DNA from: Octopus sinensis
Lineage: Eukaryota
DNA length: 64,000 nt
Reading direction: 5' to 3'
NCBI RefSeq assembly: GCF_006345805.1
Contig: NC_043013.1
Location: forward strand, 41,354,001-41,418,000
Positions 1 to 12,010 of this stretch are shown here, one piece after another (the stretch's first letter is position 1; the number at the start of each line of letters is the position of its first letter). The notes below the pieces were generated by a model. It did no database searches. It had not been told where the DNA came from and saw only the letters and a program-made list of their open reading frames with translations. The position numbers and the translations under genes were made by a program.

Positions 1-170
1 TATAATATATATATATATCCCCTTCGGCTTGAAGAATTACACTATGTAACATCACAGACAGGCATAGAACTCTAGGTATGTATATTTATATAATATGTAA
101 TATACACACACATATATATATATACATGTATATATATATGCATATAATGTATATAATATATGTATATGTG

Positions 171-211
<41 letters not shown>

Positions 212-402
212 GATGTGAGAATGTATTTGTTGTGTGTATTGGATTTTTGTTGATAAATACTGTTTATTTACTCGACGTTAGGTTTTCACTGAATGATATT
301 TGATGTTTAATTAAGTATTCATATCTATTGGACGCACAGTTTATGTTTACGTACGGACGTCTGTTTCTGTGTGTGTCGCTATTGTGCTATTTCCTGCGTG
401 AT

Positions 403-446
403 TGTGTTTCTGATGATGCGTCGTACGCCGAAAATATCGACAGCTG
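403..446 (+). ncRNA. Degenerate minimal hammerhead-like motif (Penelope-type)
   Basis: tgttt-CTGATGA-t-GCGT-cgt-ACGC-c-GAAA-atatc-gaca. Core boxes and a 4-bp stem II are present; stems I and III are imperfect. Confidence 0.35.
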
Positions 447-660
447 TGCATATGTGTATATGTGTACACGTATGTCTGTGTGTGTATATGTGTACACGTA
501 TGTCTGTGTGTGTATATGTGTACACGTATGTCTATGTATATATATGTGTGCATGTTTGTGTAACGATTCGATTTATGAGTGCTAGTGCATTGCTGTTGCG
601 TGTGTATGCATACGCGTACGCGTTCTTTTCCAGATATGCGTAAAAAGAGTTACTTCATAT

Positions 661-921
661 CTCTTTTATCTCTTTTATTTCTTTTACTTGTTTCAGTCCT
701 TTGACTGTGGTCATGCTGGAGCACCACCTTTAGTCGAGCAAATCGACCCCAGGACTTATTCTTTGGAAGCCCAGTACTTATTCTATCGGTCTCTTTTGCC
801 GAACCGCTAAGTTACGGGGAAGTAAACACACCAGCATCGGTTGTCAAGCGATGTTGGGGGACAAACACAGACACACAAACATATGCACACACATACATAC
901 ATACATACATACATATACATA

Positions 922-971
<50 letters not shown>

Positions 972-1124
972 GACGGGCTTCTTTCAATTTCCGTCTACAA
1001 ATCCTCTCATAAGTCTCTGGTCGGCCCGAGACTATAGTAGAAGACACTTGCCCAATGTGCCACGCAGTGGGACTGAACTCAGAACCATGTGGTTGGTAGG
1101 CAAGCTATTTACCACACAGCCACT
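661..1124 (-). mobile_element. tRNA-derived SINE, family A, with internal (CA)/(TA) microsatellite
   Basis: Reverse complement of the recurrent gtggctgtgtggtaag...ggttccgggttcagtcccactg head, the shared body, and the tgactgaaacaagtaaaaga tail seen at 49515-49978 and 52216-52637. Confidence 0.85.
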
Positions 1125-1131
1125 ATTATTG

Positions 1132-1419
1132 TGTTGTGTCTGGGAAGAGTAATTTTCTTTTTGTGCCTTATAATTTAATACACTCACCGGTAAAAATTTC
1201 CACTTATTTCTCATTTTTATTTTCCTAAAATTTTCGTTGCGTCTTGCAATCTTTTCAATAGTCTTGACTCTGTCCGTTATTTACACTGCGTTTATTTTTG
1301 TTTGTTTGTGCGCAACAAAAATTTTAGGAAAATAAAAATATGAAATAAGTGGAAATTTTACCGGTGAGTGTGTTAAATTATATGGCACAGAAAGAAAATG
1401 ACTCTCCCCAGACACAACA
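1132..1419. mobile_element. Foldback MITE with ~110-bp terminal inverted repeats
   Basis: 1132-~1250 (tgttgtgtctgggaagagt...ctaaaattttcgttgcg) is the near-perfect reverse complement of ~1310-1419, with a ~60-bp spacer. Confidence 0.8.
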
Positions 1420-1525
1420 GAATCTGCTTCAACACACGAGCTCACATAAAGAATCTTGCAAACCAAACCCAAAAACGAAATATTACTACTACTACTACTA
1501 CTACTACTACTATTACTACTAAAAA

Positions 1526-1960
1526 AGGCGGTGAGCTGGCAGAATCGTTAGCGCGTCGGGCGTAATGCTTAGCGGCGTCTCCTCCGTCTTGACCTCCTGA
1601 GTTCAAATTATACCGGGATCAACTTTGCCTTTCGGGAGTCGATAAAATAAGTACCAGTTGGACACTGGGGCCGATGTAATCGACTTAACCCCACTCCCCA
1701 AATCTCTGGCCTAGTGTCTATGGTAGGAACGAATACTACTGTGTAAGTAGCTGGCAGTATCGGTAGCGGAGCCGGGCGAAATGCTTGGCGGCGTTTTGTC
1801 TGTCTTTACGTCCTGAGTTCAGATTCCGCCGAGGTCGACTTTGCTTTTCACCTTTTCGGGGTCGATAAAATAAGTATCAGTTGAACAATGGGGGGAAGGG
1901 GGCGACGTAATTTGGCTGCTATTTCTAACGGGTGGAACAACCGCATAGAGGCTCTCTGGC
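1526..1960 (+). mobile_element. Two tandem tRNA-derived SINEs, family B
   Basis: ggcggtgagctggcagaatcgttagc...gagttcaaattccgccgagg...gtcgataaaataagtaccagtt occurs twice (1526-1725, 1746-1905). Confidence 0.8.
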
Positions 1961-2129
1961 CGGCTTGTTATTCAAGAGATTCTCTCATTGGTGAGGTTCT
2001 TCGCGCATGTTGGTAGATATCTATGTATGTGTGTGTGTATGAATGGATGGATCTCTGTATGTGTGTCTGAGAATGTATGTGTGCATGTATATATGCTTAT
2101 ATGTAAGCATGTATGTATGTTTGTATATA

Positions 2130-2795
2130 TATATATAATATATATGACTATTTCTGTGCTTGTATCTCTGTTTGTATGTTTTTCTGTCAGACTGTATGTA
2201 TGTATGAGTGTATGCATGAATATATGTATGTGTGTGTGTATATATAAATGTATATTAGTATGTTTGTCTGTCTGTCTGTATTTGTGATTGTATGTTTGTA
2301 TTTATATAAGCTTGTATGCATGAATGAATGAATGTATGTATGTATGTATGTATGTATGTATGTGTGTGTGTTTGTATAACTGTATATTTGTAAGTTTGTA
2401 TGTATGTATGTACATATGTATGTAAGTATGCATGTATGCTCTTATACGTTGTGCTAATGTTAGATTAACGTGTATATATTATATTGTGTGTGTGTGTGTG
2501 TGTGGTGTGTGCATGTATGTATGTGTCATAGCAATATTCATGCAGTTATGTGTTTGTGCGTGTGGGCACTCCGCGTAGAAGTGCGTATGTGAGTGAGTGC
2601 TTGAAAATGTTTGCATAAATGTATTTTTTATAGGCATAAGTGTCATCGGATCCATTTCAGTGATTTATTGTAATTCCATTTCAAAGTTTCTCTGATTGGT
2701 TTGGTTCTAGAAAAAGAAGATATCTCTCCATAGCACTCGCCCATTAATACGTACATGTAGACACATATAAATATATAAATACATAGATGCTCATT

Positions 2796-2833
<38 letters not shown>

Positions 2834-3157
2834 GACTATTCTGTGCTTGTATCTCTGTTTGTATGTTTTTCTGTCAGACTGTATGTATGTATGAGTGTAT
2901 GCATGAATATATGTATGTGTGTGTGTATATATAAATGTATATTAGTATGTTGTCTGTCTGTCTGTATTTGTGATTGTATGTTTGTATATATAAGCTTGTA
3001 TGCATGAATGAATGAATGTATGTATGTATGTATGTATGTATGTATGTGTGTGTGTTTGTATAACTGTATATTTGTAAGTTTGTATGTATGTATGTACATA
3101 TGTATGTAAGTATGCATGTATGCTCTTATACGTGTGTGCTAATGTTAGATTAACGTG

Positions 3158-3202
<45 letters not shown>

Positions 3203-3488
3203 ATGTATGTATGTGCATAGCAATATTCATGCAGTTATGTGTTTGTGCGTGTGTGGGCAGCTCCGCGTAGAAGTGCGTATGTGAGTGAGTGCTTGAAAAT
3301 GTTTGCATAAATGTGTATTTTTTATAGGCATAAGTGTCAATCGGATCCATTTCAGTGATTTATTGTAATTCCATTTCAAAGTTTCTCTGATTGGTTGGTT
3401 TCTAGAAAAAGAAGATATCTCTCCATAGCACTCGCCCATAATACGTACATGTAGACACATATAAATATATAAATACATAGAGCTCATT

Positions 3489-3520
<32 letters not shown>
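2130..3520. repeat. ~690-bp direct tandem duplication bounded by (TA)n tracts
   Basis: Unit tgactatt(t)ctgtgcttg...gctcattgacatatata at ~2135-2815 and ~2830-3500. The copies differ mainly by 1-2-nt indels. Confidence 0.9.
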
Positions 3521-3567
<47 letters not shown>

Positions 3568-3649
3568 ACATACGCATGGTGCATGCATATGAGTATACAG
3601 ATATAGACACACACAGACACACACGTATATCATCATTGGCGTTGCTGTC

Positions 3650-3677
3650 AACATCATGATCACCATCATCATCATCA

Positions 3678-3731
<54 letters not shown>
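3650..3731. repeat. (CAT)n microsatellite
   Basis: Direct reading. Confidence 0.95.
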
Positions 3732-3733
<2 letters not shown>

Positions 3734-4024
3734 GTTATTGCATTTCGCGGCGTTTTACTATTATATGAAATATGATATAATACTGTATAACTGTTTTTTT
3801 TTTTTCTTCCTTATAAGCATACAATATTAGTCAAGCTGCAATAAGTAAACAAAATAGTTTGCCTCATAGATTTTATGGACAGAAAGAAGTGTTTTACATC
3901 TGGCTAGATTCTAGTCTCCTAAGACTTTCATCAGAGAGGGAGTTAGAGAGGGGAAAGATGGACAGAGAGGGAGAGAGGGATGGTGTTTAAAATTGGCAGT
4001 TTTAAATAGAAAATTTACTGGCTC

Positions 4025-4221
4025 CAGGCGCAGGAGTGGATGTGTGGTAAGTCGCTTGCTTACCAACCACATGTTCAGTCTCACTGTTCACTCTCAGTCC
4101 AGTCTCACTGTTCCGGGTTCAGTCTCACTGCGTAGTACATTGGGCAAGTGTCTTCTATAGACTCGTGCCGACCAAAGCCTTGTGAGTGGATTTGGTAGAC
4201 GGAAACTGAAAGAAGCCTGTC

Positions 4222-4253
<32 letters not shown>

Positions 4254-4665
4254 TCGTCCACACACCATTGCTTGACAATAGACGTTGGTGTGTCTACGTC
4301 AGTGTAACTTAGCGTTCAGTCTCACTTTTCCGGGTTCAATCCCACTGCGTGGCATCTTGGGCAAGCGTCTTCTACTATAGCCCCGGACGAACAAAGCCTT
4401 GTGAGTGGATTTGGTAGATGGAAGCTGAAAGAAGCCTGTCGTATATGTGTGCGTGTGTGTGTTCGTCCCAGCACCATCGCTTGACAATAGATGTTGGTGT
4501 GTCTACGTCCCCGTAAATTAGCGGTTCGGCAAAAGAAACCGATATAATAAGTACAAGGCTTACACAGAATAAGTGCTGGTGTTGATTTTTTCGACTAAAA
4601 AGCGGTGCTCCAGCACGGACGCAGTCAAATGACAGGAACAAGTAAAAGAATAAAAGAATAACAGA
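4025..4665 (+). mobile_element. Two tandem, partly duplicated family A SINEs
   Basis: Head at 4030-4130 with internal ttcagtctcactgt stutters; the body is repeated at 4140-4320 and 4340-4660; agtaaaagaataaaagaat tail. Confidence 0.8.
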
Positions 4666-4790
4666 ATACAGCATTTTAATTTTTAAAATTAATATCTTAC
4701 ATCATTTCATGTCCTGATTTTTGCATATGCGTTTATACATTGGTTTGCTTTAATTATATGGGGGTAGGTTGTTTGGATTGCTCCAGTCAT

Positions 4791-4870
<80 letters not shown>

Positions 4871-5045
4871 GGTGATTTTTTTCCCTACGTCTTCCTTTTC
4901 TATTGGTCTTTCCACTGTTTCTGAAGCAGAGCTTTGCTCGAAACGTTAAACCACCTTTCTTTCCTTTCCTGCGCGTCTGCTAATACTATACATGTACAAC
5001 ATCCTCGTGTTGTTGTTTTTTCGTGTTTGTTCCTCGTTTTTTGAG
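4871..5045 (+). mobile_element. Short Penelope-type non-autonomous element carrying a minimal hammerhead (4917-4951)
   Basis: gttt-CTGAAGC-a-GAGC-ttt-GCTC-GAAAC-GTT-aaac. Homologous to 17625-17830. Confidence 0.6.
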
Positions 5046-5187
5046 GGGGGGGAGGGTTTACTATATAAATGTGTGTGTGTGTGCGTGTGTGTATGTGTGC
5101 ATTAGAGAAAAAGTATAACAAAAACCAAGGCAGGACGCGTATCTCAAGTAATTTATAATAATTTAATTAGGGCAAGGTGAATCTGAA

Positions 5188-5263
5188 GTCTTACAGCTGT
5201 TTCTGGGATGTCCCAAGTGATAGGCTAGCATATTCGTACACTAGGTATTCCATCACCAGAGAC
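5188..5263 (-). ncRNA. Type I hammerhead-like motif with long stem II (A6G core change)
   Basis: Minus strand: gtct-CTGGTGA-[tgg...cca]-GAAA-CAGCTG-TA-agac. Stem I gtct/agac; palindromic stem III ACAGCTGT; GUA triplet. Confidence 0.6.
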
Positions 5264-5599
5264 AGAGTGAGTATGTATGAAAGTTCTAGACATGGAAATT
5301 CACAGTTTATAAAGAATAAAATAGAAGAATAAGAGTAAAAGTAGATAGAAGAATACAGACAGGAGAATAAAGCTGTGAAATTGGAGCCGTAGATATTCGT
5401 TTAGACCACCAGCGAACTAAACTCCTCATATATGCGTGTGTGTATGTATGTGGTGTGTGTGGGGGGTACGTATACAATTATGCGCTTTGACTACAGCATT
5501 AGGGCATTTAGCTCTTATTTCTAGCAATGTAGGTGTTTCTAACACCCTCGTCATTTGTAGGACTTTTGATAAAACGCTGCAGCCTGCTGTCTATAATTA

Positions 5600-5695
<96 letters not shown>

Positions 5696-5748
5696 ATATC
5701 TATCTATCGCTATCTGTCTGTATATCTATCTATATATATACACACACA

Positions 5749-5953
5749 CAGTAATCCTTCAATTATCGCGGGTGTTACGTTCCAAAACTTCTCACAGAAA
5801 TAATTAAAATCTAAAAAAATATAAATACCTATCGGCCGCACGAACCCGGACATACTGAGGAGTCCGTGGTATAAATTTACATATATTAGCCAGAAAAATC
5901 CGCGATGTACTGAGTGCGCGTTAGGTGAACCGCGATATGGTGAGGGAGGACTG
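5749..5953. mobile_element. Tigger/pogo-like MITE
   Basis: Imperfect TIRs cagtaatccttcaattatcgcgg / ccgcgatatggtgagggaggactg, followed by TA. Confidence 0.65.
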
Positions 5954-5974
5954 TATATATATGCACCCTCACAT

Positions 5975-6180
5975 ATCATTTGTCTTCTTCTTTTACATGT
6001 TTCAGTCATTAGACTGCGGCCAGGAAGGTTTTTAGTCGAATGAAGCGAATCCAGGACTTTGCTTCTTTAAAGCCTGGGATTTATTCCATCAGTGTCTTTT
6101 CCCGAACCGATAATTTACGGGAACGTAAATACACCAACACCGGTTGTCAAGCAATGATGGGAGAGAAATAACGACGCAAC
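5975..6180 (-). mobile_element. Family A SINE, 3' half
   Basis: ttcagtcattagactgcggcc...aacaccggttgtcaagc matches the family A tail in reverse. Confidence 0.65.
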
Positions 6181-7169
6181 TTCACACGCATACAGATGAG
6201 TGTGTATATGTATACATGATGATGATAATCGTGATGATGATGGCGATGATGATGATGACGACGACGACGACTTCGATGATGATGATGATATGTGTGTATG
6301 AGTGTGAGTATCTGTTTACAGACATATGCGTGGCTGTAGTTGTATGTGTGTGTGTGTGTGTTTCAGTGCTCATATAACGCAATACATTTTCACTGATATG
6401 AAAACACAAACACGCACTTCCATAAGTACATATGCATACATAGACGCTCACACACACACACACACGAACACACACGAACACATACACATATATGCACACT
6501 CTAAAATGCGAACATACACCCACACTATATATATATACACGACAATTCTCCGAATGATAAGACTGTGTAAAATACGCCATATTGATAAGAGAGTGTATAA
6601 TATGACACGCTGCCAGAGAAATCTTACGTATATTCTTAATTCCAGGTTGTGAGGTCAAATCTAGCTAGTGACGATAAGATTTGACCCCATTAACTGTTGG
6701 GCCTAGATTTTAGCGTCGTGGTGCTTGAGGAAATAAAATTTGAGAAGGGCATGTAAATTGAGGTGTGGAAACTAAGGGCGAGGTCTTACTGACTATGTAT
6801 CTTCGTGTGTGTGTGTGATTGTATGTATGTATAACTGTGGTTTGTGTGTATGGTATGTTTACGTATGCATATATACTTGTGTGTATATCGATGTGCGAAG
6901 GATATGTTGATAGGTGCATGCCTGTGAGTATGTGTGTGAGTGTGTGCGTGTGTGTGTGTATGCGTGTGTGCGCGCGCATGTGTGTGAGTGTGTGCGTGTG
7001 TGTGTGTGTAAATCTAATTGTACATATGTATGCATGTAAGTATAACTTCATTTGCATTTTTTTATTTACTAGTATTCTCCCCAAAGATATGAGTTGTTTC
7101 CTAAGATAGAAACAAATGTCAATTGCAGAATATAATTATGCTTCTATCATGTATGAGAGAACAGTGTAT

Positions 7170-7675
7170 GCCATTAAAATGACACTGGGCTAAAATATAC
7201 GAAGCCCAGTATACCCATCATGAATTATACACCAGGCACATACATCATAACCATATGTGTGCGACATGGTGATCTCATATCCAGATAAACAGCGCATGAC
7301 CTTGTAGGCGGGGCCCAGTTAGAATTTTCTTCTGGTCGAGTAGCCTATCCCACTCACAAGGTCCCTGAATAAGGGTTCTTTAAGGATGATGAACAAAACA
7401 CCCATGTTTCCAAAGTGAATTATCCAAACCCCAAAGAATTCCTCTCAACACATGGCTATGATGCTCCCCCACAACTTTTGCTCGTGATCAGAGATGCACA
7501 TATCGTCAGCCACTAAAGGACATGCTCAGTTGGTTAAGGTCAAACAACTGACAAGCAAATCTGTGGTATTGAGCAGAATATTTGCTGTAGCCCATTTCTT
7601 ACACTAAGACAAAACAATGGGCATGATAACACTTCCAATCAGTTAAGATCAGAAGCCATGAGAGCCACTGCCTAG
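7170..7675 (-). mobile_element. ~500-550-bp non-coding retroposon-like repeat (family X)
   Basis: Reverse complement of the copies at 13114-13590 and 13653-14207, ~85-90% similar by eye. Confidence 0.8.
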
Positions 7676-7925
7676 TATGTATGTAAGTATGTATGTATGC
7701 ATGTATGTATGTATGTATGTATGTAAGTATGTATGTATGCATGTATGTATGTATGTAGTATGTATGTATGTATGTATGTATGTATGTATGTATGTATGTA
7801 TGTATGTATGTATGTATGTATATAAGTATGTATGTATGTATGTATCTATGTATCTATATCTGTATGTTTGGATGTAATTATATATGTATCTATGTATCTA
7901 TGTATGTATATCTGTATGTATGTAT
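7672..7925. repeat. (TATG)n microsatellite
   Basis: Direct reading. Confidence 0.95.
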
Positions 7926-8234
7926 TTTAATTACTGTGTGTAAGTAGGCAGGTAGGAACTTAGGTGCGAATGAGTAAATGCATACATGTATGCATATATT
8001 CGTTTTCTTTTATTAGAGTTAATTTTGATCAGCTAACCGCTTGTTAGGAATGTTGTGAAGGAAAGCATCTTGTTTCAAGTACCATCCTTTAAGCGATAAG
8101 GAAGTCTTGCAGACTCATACTGTCACAGATATCATCATCGTTGGTAACCAATAAATTGAAGAGTTGCTTTCTCTCCGCAACGAGCTGAACGTCAGCCACG
8201 CTTTGCTCCTCTCGGATTGTTACATATCATGTTA

Positions 8235-8600
8235 CTTCAAGAATAATAGGAATTTACTATGTTACGCCAGACTTCATGGTCCATCATAACATTACGGAGG
8301 TCCTGTTGCTGGATGCCTGTGTCCCTGGAGATTACATCAGGGTAGGAGAGTGTGCGCCCTCTGGTATCGCGAGCAGATGGCTTCCAGAGGAGAAGAGTAG
8401 AAATTACCAGCAAACTGGACTTTTCCACCTGTCACAAGAGATGTTATAGGTGGTAGTTTCCCATATATTTGTACTTTGGTTGGATGAAGCTTCCATGAGA
8501 GATTTTGAGCTCTCATAAAGAGGCAGGTCAACTGTATTTTTCTGACCGGGGACAGCTGGTTTCCACAACAGCCGGTTGTATTTGATTTCATGGTTATTAT
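8235..8600 (-). mobile_element. RTE-clade LINE 3' fragment, frameshifted
   Basis: Joined frames read ...LMRAQNLSWKLHPTKVQIYGKLPPITSLV...QFAG...LLLWKPSARDTRGRTLSYPDVISRDTGIQQQDLRNVMMDHEVWRNIVNS, the typical RTE C-terminal (A.D..W) pattern. Confidence 0.7.
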
Positions 8601-8786
8601 AAATTTTAAATTCTACCAAAATTCTGGAAACCCATCGGCCTCAAATGTTGACAACTGAATCTCTCTGTCTGCTAGCTGGCTACTTAAGTAAACAAACTCG
8701 TATAAACCGTACGAGTGAATTTCGTCTGACGAGCCAACGAAAATTTAAGCTACATGGAGCCGAAGGAAGCTGTTATTAAATATGTT

Positions 8787-9086
8787 GTTTGTCCCTTCTG
8801 GAGTCATGCCTGGCTCATAGGGCCGGTTTCCCGGTTTCCTTGGCGTATAGGTTCCCACCTGGACGGGACGCCGGTCCGTCGCAGGTGAGCTGCAAGATGC
8901 AGGAGGAAAGAGTGAGAGAAAGTTGTGGCGAAAAAGTCAGCAGAAGTTCGCCAATACCTTCTGCCGGAGCCGCGTGGAGCTTAGGTGTTTTCGCTCATAA
9001 ACACACACATCGCCCGGTCTGTGATTCGAACCCGCGATCCCTCGACCGCGATTCCGCTGCTCTAACCACTAGGCCTTGTGCCTCCA
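8787..9086 (-). mobile_element. tRNA-derived SINE, family C, with V-domain-like 3' part
   Basis: Head gtggaggcacaaggcctagtggttagagc...ggttcgaatc (A and B boxes); 3' part cctgcgacggaccggcgtcccgtccaggtggg. Second copy at 54715-55015. Confidence 0.8.
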
Positions 9087-9844
9087 CATATATATATATA
9101 TATGTGTGTATGTGTGTGTATGTATGCATGTATGTATGTATGTATGTATGTATGTATGTATGTATGTATGTATGTATGCATGTATGTATGAATGTATGTA
9201 TGTATGTATGCATGTATGTATGTATGTATGCATGTATATATGTATGTATACATACATACATACATGCACGTGCGTGCATATAGAGTGATAAAAGATTTCA
9301 AGCTTTTTTGCGATATAGAACCCGTTGCGTAGGTTACATAGTGTAGATGTGTTTGTCATTATATCAAAACCTAACAGGCTACACCGAGTTTCCTCAATGA
9401 ATCTTAAAATGAAATTTCAAACAATTTTACTACACCATCCTTAACGCACCCATACAAGATAAAAAAAAAACACTGTTATGTATACGGTACACGATTAAAT
9501 CCACCTCAGCCGCAGCCTTGAACAGCCTATCACGTGATCAAAATGTATTTTCTATTTTAATTGCATTTTGATTAGAATAATTGTATTTTAATTATTCCTG
9601 TTTCATCAGTACCGGGAAATATCTAATCATCGTAAATGTGAAATCTATAGCTCCAAGAAATCATTAATGATCTATGCCGGCAACATAATCTGAAACACTT
9701 CATGAAGATCGTAAAATAAGATAATTAGCTTGTGATTTGTTTCCCATCACTTCGGCAAATTACGGTGAAACATTTTCACTGATGAAGCTCAAAACTCTGA
9801 AATACTCTCCGAGTTGTCTTCTGCATTTGCCGGGAAAATATTGG

Positions 9845-10245
9845 TTTCAAATTTTGGCACAAGGCCAACAATTTTGGACGAAAGGATAAGTCGATTACAT
9901 CGACCCCAGTATTCAACTGGTACTTATTCTATTGATGAAAGGCAAGTCAGTCTCGTTGGCATTTGAACTTAGAACGTAATGAGCCGGAAGTGACGCCACT
10001 AAGCATTTTTCCGACGTGGTAACGATTCTGCTGGTTCGCCATCTTAATGCTGGTTAAATATTAGTTCCAAATTTTGGCACAAGGCCAGCAAGTCTGGAGG
10101 TAAGGGTAAGTCAATTACATAGACCCTAGTGCTGAACTGGTATTTATTTTATTGATCCCGAAAGGATAAAATTCAAAGTCGACCCCCAGCGGAAATTGAA
10201 CTCAGAACGTCAAGACGGACGAAATGCTGGTACGCATTTTCCAGC
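9845..10245 (-). mobile_element. Two tandem family B SINEs
   Basis: The reverse-complement family B body occurs twice (9845-10045, 10062-10245). Confidence 0.75.
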
Positions 10246-10345
10246 GCACCACCTTTGTTTTTCGGGTTTTTTTTGCTTATTTGTTTTTCACATTCTGGGG
10301 ATATTAAAAAAATAACATCAAATATCTGGTAACTAATATGTAAAC

Positions 10346-11043
10346 CAGGCGTGGGGAAAACCTTGCTCGCGGGCACAATTGCGCCCGCGTGACCATTTAA
10401 TTGCGCCCACAGGATGATATACTTGTATGTACAAAATATAGTAAATTTTTCTATTATAGAATTTATATAATATTCGTAGGTTTATTTGCAACTTAGGTCA
10501 CGTTTCCACTACGACTTTAAACCGTCAAACTCGAATAGACATTTTGTTATCACCATAAAACACATTTCCTGGACCGGGCGATGTGTTGTGTTCTTGAGCA
10601 AAACACTTCATTTTCACGTTGCTCCAGTCCACTCAGCTGGCAAAAATGAGTAATCCTTCGACGGACCGGCGCCCCGTCCAGGTGGGGAATTTCTCCGCCA
10701 CTGTAACCGGGAAACCAGCCCTTATGAGCCTGGCATGGCCGAAGAGGAAAATTTATTTATTTATAAAACACATATTATTATGTTTGTACCACCCCCTTGA
10801 GACCTAACTACACTCTAGCTGAAGAATAAACAATACCTCATAAGAAATATAAACGTCCTCAATTCAGTGGCGGCGTTAATGATGTTACGCGTTAATTTAA
10901 TGAGTTAATTAATGTATATCGAATTACACATAGATATATATAAAAGATTTACACAGATATAAGAGTTAGAACTTGTGTCTCTCCCGCAGACCTTTTTCTT
11001 TCGAAATTTTTGCCCGCTGCAGTAAAAAGTTTCCCCACCCCTG
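10346..11043. mobile_element. hAT (Buster/Charlie-like) non-autonomous transposon with nested SINE fragment (~10565-10750)
   Basis: TIRs caggcgtggggaaa / tttccccacccctg. Perfect 8-bp TSD ATGTAAAC at 10338-10345 and 11044-11051. Confidence 0.9.
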
Positions 11044-11597
11044 ATGTAAACATTCTATTATTTCAAATCATTATCCCAATTTTGAAACCCAATTTCTTAT
11101 ATCCCCATTTAATTTACCACGTAATTTACCATAGTTCTTTTTGTTACCCATTTTATATTATTTATTTTCTTTTCATTTACTTTTCTCCGTTCTTTTCTAT
11201 TACATAAAATCGTTCCCTGCAACCGTATTTTGTATTGTCTACCACCCGATCATATTTTTCTCATTGATTTCACTAAACACCACACTTCGTTTAACTGATA
11301 GGACACTGTTTCTCGTTTATCTTACACAATACCGCGCCTTGCTTATATTAAGTAACATCATATATCTTCTATATCGCATAAAACTGTATTATCTCGTTCA
11401 TCTTTTCTAATACCGTATCTAATCTCTCTTCCACAAAACGCCGTACCTTAATTACACCAAATAGCACTTTATTTCATTCATCTTTCATAACTTAGTAATG
11501 TATTGTTTCCCTTATTTTTAATAATTCGTTGAACCGTCTTCACAACAGACGACACTTTATCTACCTGAACGTCATAAAAAATTAAAAGCAACAGCCA

Positions 11598-11611
11598 TGA
11601 TAATAATAATA

Positions 11612-11688
<77 letters not shown>

Positions 11689-11866
11689 TCCATGTGAAAA
11701 CAACATTCATTTATGAATTTATTTATTTATTAATTTTTAAATACATATTTTATCTGTGAATTTGCGCGTGTGATCTGGGAATGCATACAATGAGCTTCTC
11801 TGGCCTAGGTGCATGGAAAACACTCGGCGAGAAACGGAAGAAAATTTGAAGAAAGAAGGAAAAAAC

Positions 11867-11912
<46 letters not shown>

Positions 11913-11914
11913 TA

Positions 11915-12005
<91 letters not shown>
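11598..12005. repeat. (AAT)n arrays (11598-11690, 11868-12005)
   Basis: Direct reading. Confidence 0.95.

Positions 12006-12010
<5 letters not shown>

Noticed and set aside
3885-3940. CTGATGA / CTGACGA / CTGAGGA matches at 3927(-), 8729(+), 9603(-), 9779(+), 13218(+), 17495(-), 23648(+), 25614(+), 38354(+), 38520(-), 46230(+), 55325(-), 58500(+)
   Set aside because: Each lacks a properly placed GAAA or a pairable stem I/II. Some may be decayed Penelope ends but cannot be supported as ribozymes.
9010-9086. tRNA-like sequence (also 27985-28046, 49515-49580, 52216-52285, 54940-55015)
   Set aside because: A and B boxes are present, but there is no acceptor-stem closure and the sequence continues into SINE bodies. 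These are SINE heads, not tRNA genes.
11700-11870. Possible tiny 3' fragment of another restriction-endonuclease LINE on the minus strand (...SRRVFSM...)
   Set aside because: It is too short, and the adjacent repeat has the wrong polarity for an (AAT)n tail.
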